A DNA stretch of 42,603 nt, taken from a candidate division FCPU426 bacterium. GTDB lineage: Bacteria; Oederibacteriota; JAAXVQ01; JAUVAV01. The notes beneath the pieces were generated by a model. It saw only the letters and a list, made by a program, of their open reading frames with translations. It did no database searches and was not told the DNA's origin. The DNA lies in the NCBI GenBank assembly GCA_030637655.1, contig DAOWGI010000106.1:1-42603 (forward strand), read 5' to 3'. The translations under genes and the position numbers were made by a program. This document shows positions 35,497-42,603 of the stretch, piece after piece. The stretch's first letter is position 1, and each line of letters begins with the position of its first letter.

Positions 35497-37173
35497 GTGT
35501 ATCTTAAAGAACGTGTTTTTCAAATTATTGCTGAAGCAGTCGTTGTTTTGCAGGCAGAGGGCAGCCTGCCGGCGGATATGGTCATACAACCGGAATTGGA
35601 ACGGCCGGCACAAGCCAAACACGGCGATTTTTCCACGAACCTGGCCATGAAATTAGCCAAGACTGCGCGCCAACCGCCTCGTGTGATCGCGGAAGCCCTG
35701 GTCGAAAAAATGAAAACCAATGGATTGTTTGAGACTGTTGAGATTGCCGGGCCGGGTTTTGTGAATGTCAGCTTGAAAGCTGATGTTTTGTTATCAGAGG
35801 CAGAAGCCATTCGTGCCGGTGGAGAACAGTATGGTGCTTCAGATGTTGGTAAGTCCGTAAAGTTGTTGTTGGAATTTGTTTCTGCCAATCCGACCGGGCC
35901 ATTAAATATTGTGTCCGCGCGCGCGGCTGCAGTCGGAGATGCCGTGGCCAACATACTGCAAAGCCAAGGGGTGCAGGTGTTTCGCGAGTATTATGTCAAC
36001 GATGCCGGACGGCAAGCTCGTTTGCTTGGTCATTCGATGCTGGCCCGGCAAAAACAAAAGCAAGGACAAGATTATCCTGTTCCCAAGGATGGTTATGAGA
36101 AAGACTATGTGAGAGATGTTGCCTACGCCAGTGAGACTGCACAGTCGGAGGCTTTAGCCAATGCGAGTGAAGAGGATGCCATTGAGCTTAATCGACAGTT
36201 CGGTGTCAAGATCATGCAAGATCGGCATAAGCAAAGTCTGGCTGATTATGGGGTGTTGTTTGACAATTGGTATTCCGAATTGACTTTGCATCAAAGCGGA
36301 AAAGTGGAAGAAGCCATTGCTGATCTGAAAAAACACGGATGTGTTTATGAAAAAGATAATGCCTTGTGGTTTGAGTCAACCAAGTTTGGTGATGATAAAG
36401 ACCGGGTCTTAAAAAAAGCTAATGGCGATTGGGCATATATTGCGGCTGACATTGCGTATCATCGGGATAAATTTGAGCGTGGATATACGGAACTAGTGGA
36501 TCTGTGGGGTCCTGATCATCATGGTTACATTGCCCGGATGAAGGCGGCCATGCAGGCGTTGGGCCATAAACCTAAGGCGTTTCAAATTTATATTGTCCAG
36601 CAAGTCAATTTGTTGGAAAGTGGCAAACCGGTCTCCATGTCCAAACGCGGTGAGGGCAAACTTCTGGAAATGGATGATTTGATCCAGGATGTGGGGAAAG
36701 ATGTGGCGCGCTTTTTTTTCTTGCTGCGCAGTACGGACGCGCACTTGGATTTTGATCTGGATCTGGCTCGAAAACAGAGTGAAGATAATCCGGTTTACTA
36801 TGTGCAATATGCGTATGCCAGGATATGCAGTATTTTAAGGAAAGCAGAAGCGGAAGGACTTGCTATCCCGACGGCTGAAGAGATGGTCTTGAAAAACCAT
36901 CAGGCTGAGAAGGAAGAATTGACACTAATCCGTGAGCTTTCAGCTTATCCGGAAATACTGGCAAGCTGCGCGCGGTCTTTGGAACCACATGGCTTGGCTT
37001 TTTATTTACGTGATTTAGCCACTACCTTTCACCGTTTTTATACGGTCTGCCGTGTGGTGGATAAAGATGTGTTGGAGAGATCACGGGCGCGTCTGGCTCT
37101 GGTGGATGCTTCCCGGATTGTGCTGCAAAACGGACTGGGTCTTTTGGGGATCAGTGCTCCGGAAAGCATGTAA
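35497..37173 (+). CDS. argS: Arginine--tRNA ligase
   Basis: HGDFSTN.A, AGPGFVN, EFVSANPTGPL, EYYVND.G, WG.DHHGY, MSKR, NPVYYVQYAYAR, LLGISAPESM. Confidence 0.97.
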   Translation: MYLKERVFQIIAEAVVVLQAEGSLPADMVIQPELERPAQAKHGDFSTNLAMKLAKTARQPPRVIAEALVEKMKTNGLFETVEIAGPGFVNVSLKADVLLSEAEAIRAGGEQYGASDVGKSVKLLLEFVSANPTGPLNIVSARAAAVGDAVANILQSQGVQVFREYYVNDAGRQARLLGHSMLARQKQKQGQDYPVPKDGYEKDYVRDVAYASETAQSEALANASEEDAIELNRQFGVKIMQDRHKQSLADYGVLFDNWYSELTLHQSGKVEEAIADLKKHGCVYEKDNALWFESTKFGDDKDRVLKKANGDWAYIAADIAYHRDKFERGYTELVDLWGPDHHGYIARMKAAMQALGHKPKAFQIYIVQQVNLLESGKPVSMSKRGEGKLLEMDDLIQDVGKDVARFFFLLRSTDAHLDFDLDLARKQSEDNPVYYVQYAYARICSILRKAEAEGLAIPTAEEMVLKNHQAEKEELTLIRELSAYPEILASCARSLEPHGLAFYLRDLATTFHRFYTVCRVVDKDVLERSRARLALVDASRIVLQNGLGLLGISAPESM

Positions 37174-37245
37174 TTAAAATAGCCGAAAACACTATAAATC
37201 TTATATAATAATTAGTTCCTGTTGCGTAAAGGATATTTTTTAAGT

Positions 37246-37357
37246 TGTCATCCCCGAATGCTTGTATCGGGGATATGGTTTAAAAAACCAGATTCCTGCT
37301 GAAGGCGTCCCTATATATCTTTTCCGGTTGGGGCCGATTAAACCCTCGGGAATGACA
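37246..37357. repeat. TGTCAT...ATGACA palindromic repeat element, copy B
   Basis: Ends tgtcatccccga / tcgggaatgaca; near-identical to 27517-27626. Confidence 0.85.
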
Positions 37358-37505
37358 AAAGAAGGCATGCGGGCTGTCTAAACGTCCCAGCATTAATATT
37401 CCTTTCCAGTCGGGGAACGGCATAATTGCTTAAAAATGGTTTTTTGTAATAGAAACTAATTATTCAAATTTCGAATTTAGAATTTGTTTTTTATTATTTA
37501 TAGGA

Positions 37506-39005
37506 TTGGAACCACTGATGCACGGACGAGTCCGTTCCCAAAATTCATTACATATTCAGCTGGAACCGCCCTTGGAACGAAGGGCTGAAGAAATGGTCCG
37601 TGATTTTTATCGTTTTGATTCCCGGCAACGCAGGGTCCTGGTCATTGGCGCGGAAAAAGCGCGGCCGGTGTCCAGTGTGGGTTGGTTGGATGAATGGCCG
37701 GATTTGGCTGATTTTGATGTGGTGATTATCAATCTAAAAACCCTGGACCGGGTTACTCTGGTCAAACTCTCCCGGGTTGACAAAGATCGCTTAACCACTA
37801 TGCGCCAACAATTATTTAATCTGATGATGTCCAAGGGTGAGATCTATTGTATCCTGGCTCCGTTTTTAGCCTTTGGTTCCTATGTGTATTTTCCGGACGG
37901 ATCCATGGAACCGGAATGGTCTAATTTGAACTGGTCACCCATTGGTTTTTCTTTTACCGAGATACGCGGCGAAACTGTGAAAATTGAAGGGGAGGTAAAA
38001 TTCGAAGAATATCTGCGCCAAGTGTCAGGTTGGGATTGTTATTTAAATTCAACGGCCAGTTTAGGCTACATCGAAGAACAGTTGCGGCGTGATGGCAAAC
38101 TCAAACAAGGGGAGGAGTTATTTTGGCAAAATTATCCCTTGGCCATGAACCGCTATGGTAAACCCCTGGCAGCTTCACTCTGCTTTGGAATTCGCCAGGA
38201 GGAAAACAAGTACGGCGAACCCAAAATAAAATTTATGTCGGATTTCCTCCATCTGTTGCCGCCGCCGACCAAAATTTCAGTGGAGGACGGAATTGATCTC
38301 TTGATTGAAGAGGCCAAAGGATTGCCGGCCAGAACTATTACTCCGGACTGGGTGGAACTTTATCATGTGCCCGGCGAGGAGCAAATTGAGGCTAAAATTG
38401 CCGAGACCGTGAAGCGGATGAAAGCCGCGGAGCGGGAACAAAAGAAATTGTTTCAGACGTACCGTGAATTACAACGCAGCAAATCGTTGTTGTTTGAACA
38501 CGGCGAAAATTTAAAACAGGTGGTAGCCGATGTTCTGCAGCGTATGGAATTTAGCGTAAAAGACTATCGTATGGCCGAAGGATTGTTGGTCTTGCAGACC
38601 CGTTTTGGCAAGATGATATTGGATGCCACCGGACGTTCAGGTCCGGCGCAGATGGAAGATTTGCAATTGTTGTTGCGGCATGCCGCTTTTGCCCAGGAAG
38701 AGGATGGACGTATTTGGAAAGGGATTTTAATATTTAATCATTTCCGTTTGGAAGATCCGTCGTGTGAACGGCCAAATGCTTTTCCGGCGGAAGTGGTCGC
38801 CCGGGCCCGGGAAATGTGCCTGGGACTCATGACGGCCGAAGGCTTGTATGCCTGTTTTTGTAAAGTATCCAAAGGATCCATGTTACGAGAGGAATTTGAA
38901 GAGCGTTTACATAAGGCACTTGGTATTATTCATCTGCCGGTGGTCGAACCGCATCATACCCAGCCCATGTTACGTTTCACACCGCCTCGTCTGAAAATGG
39001 ACTAA
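37506..39005 (+). CDS. Hypothetical protein with coiled coil and C-terminal degenerate restriction-endonuclease-like (Mrr/PD-(D/E)xK) fold
   Basis: 499-aa ORF; C-terminal pattern LLFEHGENLKQVV..VL..M.F.V ... ILDATG ... KGILIFN.FR..DP..R...FP. Confidence 0.6.
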   Translation: MEPLMHGRVRSQNSLHIQLEPPLERRAEEMVRDFYRFDSRQRRVLVIGAEKARPVSSVGWLDEWPDLADFDVVIINLKTLDRVTLVKLSRVDKDRLTTMRQQLFNLMMSKGEIYCILAPFLAFGSYVYFPDGSMEPEWSNLNWSPIGFSFTEIRGETVKIEGEVKFEEYLRQVSGWDCYLNSTASLGYIEEQLRRDGKLKQGEELFWQNYPLAMNRYGKPLAASLCFGIRQEENKYGEPKIKFMSDFLHLLPPPTKISVEDGIDLLIEEAKGLPARTITPDWVELYHVPGEEQIEAKIAETVKRMKAAEREQKKLFQTYRELQRSKSLLFEHGENLKQVVADVLQRMEFSVKDYRMAEGLLVLQTRFGKMILDATGRSGPAQMEDLQLLLRHAAFAQEEDGRIWKGILIFNHFRLEDPSCERPNAFPAEVVARAREMCLGLMTAEGLYACFCKVSKGSMLREEFEERLHKALGIIHLPVVEPHHTQPMLRFTPPRLKMD

Positions 39006-39113
39006 ATATAACCGGCATTTTGGAGAAACTTTGTTTGGCAAAAATCAACACATGGTGTTGTGTCGTAAAACAAAAAACTGCGGATGCCGGCCGTGGAAAT
39101 GAAGGTGATATTC

Positions 39114-39314
39114 ATGATTATTACAGTGAACGGAGAAAAAAAAGAGGTTGCTGAAGTGCTGAACATTAAGGATTTACTGGATCTGTTAGAAGTGGACGCG
39201 GATACAGTAGTGGTGGAACGCAATCGTGATATATATTCGTCCGGAGAGTATTCGGACGTTAGGTTGCAAGCCAATGATGAAGTGGAAATTGTTCGGTTTA
39301 TGGGAGGTGGTTGA
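39114..39314 (+). CDS. thiS: Sulfur carrier protein ThiS
   Basis: [27 protein letters not shown]-terminus; RBS aaggtg. Confidence 0.93.
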   Translation: MIITVNGEKKEVAEVLNIKDLLDLLEVDADTVVVERNRDIYSSGEYSDVRLQANDEVEIVRFMGGG

Positions 39315-39315
39315 G

Positions 39316-40095
39316 ATGGATTCATTAATTATTGCGGAACGTAAAATCAAATCGCGTCTGTTTGTGGGAACCGGTAAATTTTCATCCCCGCAGGCCATGC
39401 TGGCTGCAGTCAAGGCGTCCGGAGCGGAAGTGGTAACCGTGGCTTTAAGGCGGGTGGATTTGAACAGTCCGCAAGATCCGACTTTAAGTGTATTACAACC
39501 TAAGGAGTATTTGATTTTGCCCAACACTTCCGGAGCGCGTGATGCTGAAGAGGCAGTGCGAGTAGCCAAGTTGGCCAGAACCTTGAGTAAAATTAACTGG
39601 GTGAAATTAGAAGTTACGCCGGATCCCCGGTATTTGTTACCGGATCCAATTGAGACCTTGAAGGCCGCGGAAGTGCTCGTGAAAGACGGTTTTGTCGTGT
39701 TGCCCTACATCAACGCGGATCCGATTCTGGCCAAGCGCCTGGAAGAGGTCGGTACAGCCACAGTAATGCCCTTGGGTGCCCCGATTGGAACCAATCAGGG
39801 TTTGCGCACCCGGGATAATATACGCATTATTATTGAGCAAGCAGGAGTGCCGGTGGTGGTGGATGCCGGAATGGGAGCGCCTTCACATGCGGCTGAGGCT
39901 ATGGAAATGGGGGCAGACGCTGTTTTGGTAAACACGGCTTTGGCAGTGGCCTGTCATCCGGATAAAATGGCGGCAGCTTTTAAACAAGGGGTTGAGGCCG
40001 GCCGCCTGGCCTATTTGGCCGGTGTGGCGGAACCCAAAGAAGTTGCCGAAGCCTCCAGTCCGTTGACTGGATTTTTAACACCCACTGAGAATTGA
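39316..40095 (+). CDS. thiG: Thiazole synthase ThiG
   Basis: [66 protein letters not shown]. Confidence 0.97.
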   Translation: MDSLIIAERKIKSRLFVGTGKFSSPQAMLAAVKASGAEVVTVALRRVDLNSPQDPTLSVLQPKEYLILPNTSGARDAEEAVRVAKLARTLSKINWVKLEVTPDPRYLLPDPIETLKAAEVLVKDGFVVLPYINADPILAKRLEEVGTATVMPLGAPIGTNQGLRTRDNIRIIIEQAGVPVVVDAGMGAPSHAAEAMEMGADAVLVNTALAVACHPDKMAAAFKQGVEAGRLAYLAGVAEPKEVAEASSPLTGFLTPTEN

Positions 40096-40139
40096 ATTTG
40101 CATACCTAGGTATGAGAATAGAGCGGAAGGGTTGTAGTA

Positions 40140-41309
40140 ATGAAAAACATGTTTTGTCTTGAAGCGTATGATTCGCCGGCAGTTTTACAAAAAAAAATGG
40201 AAGCCGTAATTCCTGAGCAGGTGGAAGCCAGTCTGGCCACAGCACAACTGACAGAACAGGATCTGTTAATCTTACTATCGCCGGCAGCTGGAGCGTATCT
40301 GGAAACCATGGCGCAACGGGCCTGGGCCTTAACGCGCCGGCGCTTTGGACGGATTATGAAATTGTACGCACCGTTGTATTTGTCCAATGAGTGTACCAAT
40401 GCCTGTCTGTACTGCGGGTTTAATCAGCAACATGATTTGGCCAGAAAAACATTGAAGATTGAAGAAGTGCTGCAGCAAGCCAAATATTTATCCCAACAAG
40501 GATTTCAGAATCTATTGTTGGTATCCGGAGAATCCCGGCAGCATGTGCCGGTGAAATTTTTAGCGGAGTGTGTTCATCGTTTAAAACCCAGGTTTCCGGA
40601 GATATCGATTGAGGTCTATCCTTTGGAAATTGAGGAGTATCAACAATTGACTGAAGCCGGTCTTTTCGGACTAATTATATACCAGGAAACCTATGATGCT
40701 GAACTCTATCAAAAGTATCATCCCGCCGGCAAAAAAAATAATTACACCTATCGTTTGCAAACGCCCCAACGCGGAGCTGAAGCAGGTGTGCGCCAAGTGG
40801 GTTTGGGTGTGTTGTTGGGGCTTCAGGATTTTCGAGTGGATGGGTATTACTTAGGCAGACACGCGCGATTTTTCGAGAAACAATTCTGGAAAACGATTGT
40901 TGGGATATCTTTTCCTCGTTTGCGTCAAGCCACGGGTGATTTTGTGCCTCCGTATCCGGTTTCAGACGCGCAGTTAGTCCAACTGGTCACTGCCTTACGT
41001 CTATTTCTACCGGATGCGCCTTTTTCCTTGTCAACACGGGAACCTGAGCATTTACGGAAACATTTATTGCCTCTGGGCTTTACCCAAATCAGCGCCGGTA
41101 GCCGGACCACACCCGGCGGCTATGGTAAGGAAAATTCAGAGTTGCCGCAGTTTCAAGTGGAAGATACCCGGGGAGCTAAAGCCATTGCGCGGGAATTGGA
41201 GCTTGCCGGGTTTGAACCGATCTGGAAAGATTGGGATGAATCCTTTGACCGGGTACCGGCTCAAACCAAAGAACCGGGCAAACTATCGCGCTACAGCAAA
41301 TTGGATTGA
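40140..41309 (+). CDS. thiH: 2-iminoacetate synthase ThiH (radical SAM tyrosine lyase)
   Basis: LYAPLYLSNECTNACLYCGF, LLLVSGE, YQETY, ISFPRLR, LSTRE, SAGSRTTPGGY, PIWKDWD. Confidence 0.93.
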   Translation: MKNMFCLEAYDSPAVLQKKMEAVIPEQVEASLATAQLTEQDLLILLSPAAGAYLETMAQRAWALTRRRFGRIMKLYAPLYLSNECTNACLYCGFNQQHDLARKTLKIEEVLQQAKYLSQQGFQNLLLVSGESRQHVPVKFLAECVHRLKPRFPEISIEVYPLEIEEYQQLTEAGLFGLIIYQETYDAELYQKYHPAGKKNNYTYRLQTPQRGAEAGVRQVGLGVLLGLQDFRVDGYYLGRHARFFEKQFWKTIVGISFPRLRQATGDFVPPYPVSDAQLVQLVTALRLFLPDAPFSLSTREPEHLRKHLLPLGFTQISAGSRTTPGGYGKENSELPQFQVEDTRGAKAIARELELAGFEPIWKDWDESFDRVPAQTKEPGKLSRYSKLD

Positions 41310-41321
41310 GGGAGAAGCGCT

Positions 41322-41972
41322 ATGGAAATAGAAAACCGCCTGGCTCGTTTTAAAAAAGTTGATTTGTATCCGGTAATCACAACTCTGTTTTGTCCCCGGC
41401 AAAATAGTGTGTGTGTCTGTGAAGCGGTTCTGGCCGGCGGAGCAAAGATTGTGCAATTGCGGGAAAAGGAGAAATCAAAAAAAGAACTATTTGCTCTGGG
41501 GCGAACGTTTCGAGAACTCACGCGACAATACGGCGCGTTATTAATTATAAATGACTATCTTGATATTGCTTTGGCAGTGAAGGCGGATGGCGTGCATTTG
41601 GGTCAGGAGGATTTTCCCATAGCCGCCGCGCGCGGTATTCTCCCGGATATGTTGCTTGGAGTCTCAACCCATAATTGTGAAGAGGCCATGCTGGCCGAGC
41701 AAGCAGGCGCGGATTATATTAATATTGGTCCCATATTTTCCACTGAAACCAAGAAAACCGGGCAGAACGCCTTGGGTGTGGATCAAATACCGGCAATTTC
41801 TCAGGCCGTGCAGTTGCCCTACACAGTGATGGGCGGAATTAAGCAAAATAATCTTGCTCAGGTCTTACGTACCGGGGCACGCCGGATTGCCATGGTTACC
41901 GAAATAACCCAAGCTAGGAATATTACGGAACAGGTGAAGGACCTGCGCTATGAAATTACCTCTGCCTTTTAG
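41322..41972 (+). CDS. thiE: Thiamine-phosphate synthase ThiE
   Basis: LYPVIT, VQLREK, LLIIND, ADGVHLGQED, LGVSTH, ADYI.IGPIF.T.TK, MGGI. Confidence 0.95.
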   Translation: MEIENRLARFKKVDLYPVITTLFCPRQNSVCVCEAVLAGGAKIVQLREKEKSKKELFALGRTFRELTRQYGALLIINDYLDIALAVKADGVHLGQEDFPIAAARGILPDMLLGVSTHNCEEAMLAEQAGADYINIGPIFSTETKKTGQNALGVDQIPAISQAVQLPYTVMGGIKQNNLAQVLRTGARRIAMVTEITQARNITEQVKDLRYEITSAF

Positions 41973-41995
41973 GGAGAGGGATAAGGGAATCAATA

Positions 41996-42469
41996 ATGAA
42001 ATTTTATAAGATTATTTATTTTCTCAGTATTATTGTTATGACCTTGCCGTTTTCTTTGCAAGCGTGGCCTGGATCCACTCTTGCCGGCAATTGCCGGAAT
42101 TATTACGAAGAGTTTGATGGCGGTCGCACGACCACTGCCTCGAGTAATTATTATCTGCAAGGAGCTATAGGGTCAGTCTGGAACCAAGGTGCCGCTTCTT
42201 TTGCTTATACACTCTATCAAGGATTCCATTTCAATATAAACCGTGACCTCAATTCTCCGGAACCAGTTACCCGGATGAACGCAGCTTCCAATACCGACGG
42301 TGCGGTTACGATTACCTGGAGTACAGTTGCAGATCTGGAGAGCCAGGTTTGGGGGTATCGCGTTTACCGTTTTTTTTATTATGGTCCTCAGGCATATCAA
42401 ACCCGGTTGATCGACGCGCCGGACAATACGTTAACCGCCTATATGGATACAGAGTCATTGCTGGCATAA
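41996..42469 (+). pseudogene. Secreted protein (Fn3-like domain) apparently truncated by an IS insertion
   Basis: Signal peptide; Fn3-like PEPVT.M.A...GAVTITWS...GYRVYR...YMDT is cut off mid-domain. The stop codon lies within the IS-like end at 42463. Confidence 0.6.
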
Positions 42470-42603
42470 TACTCAAAAAGTGTTGGTTTTTTGATGCCCT
42501 TTAAAGTAACAGTACCACCTCAGATACGATTGTTTATGTGATTCAGAGAGACCTCGATGTCTTCTGAAATCAGCTTTAAGCCTAGAAAAGAAACTTTCAA
42601 GTA
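42463..42603 (-). mobile_element. End of an IS256-family (IS1249-like) insertion sequence running off the window
   Basis: Begins ggcataatactcaaaaagtgt and contains the 3' end of a minus-strand transposase. Confidence 0.65.
42473..42603 (-). CDS. Transposase C-terminus (partial)
   Basis: ...LESFFSRLKADFRRHRGLSESHKQSYLRWYCYFKGHQKTNTF*; LE...S.LK...R.HRGLS...W.C pattern as in IS256/IS1249-type transposases. Confidence 0.65.
   Translation of the reverse strand, partial: LESFFSRLKADFRRHRGLSESHKQSYLRWYCYFKGHQKTNTF

Noticed and set aside
37461-37490. aatttcgaatttagaattt heptamer-like run
   Set aside because: Too short and AT-rich to distinguish from chance.
39048-39063. NrdR box-like acac-N8-gtgt upstream of thiS
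   Set aside because: Four core mismatches, single copy, and the wrong gene context.
40081-40132. TPP riboswitch-like words (ctgaga, atacc, agcggaaggg)
   Set aside because: The ACCTGAT core and P2/P4/P5 pairings are missing, and ctgaga lies in thiG coding sequence.

Overview
Chromosomal window from a diderm bacterium (outer-membrane barrels, TonB system, OmpA-C domain) that is probably anaerobic (ThiH, several radical SAM enzymes). It uses the standard code: several genes end in TGA overlapping the next start codon. The Thr/Pro-repeat proteins with T9SS-like C-termini recall uncultured lineages such as FCPU426/Firestonebacteria, but this is a tentative impression only. From left to right the window holds: the 3' end of a large Thr/Pro-repeat secreted protein with a T9SS-type sorting domain, coupled to a PorV-like barrel/Ig/OmpA fusion; a sugar ABC locus; a small membrane peptide plus yqeK; a TonB-receptor/TtpC-type energiser operon with candidate DtxR-type operators and a Cys-rich peptide; Phd-ParE and RloA-RloB modules; a nested MITE; the bioBAF(G)CD operon with a BirA site; several hypothetical or pseudogenised genes; two radical SAM genes; a Phd-VapC pair; an LCP gene; argS; thiSGHE; and a secreted-protein gene apparently interrupted by an IS256-like element at the right edge. 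Intergenic DNA is unusually rich in several unrelated families of palindromic repeats. No rRNA, tRNA or CRISPR array was found. All assignments come from reading motifs by eye; no database search was run.
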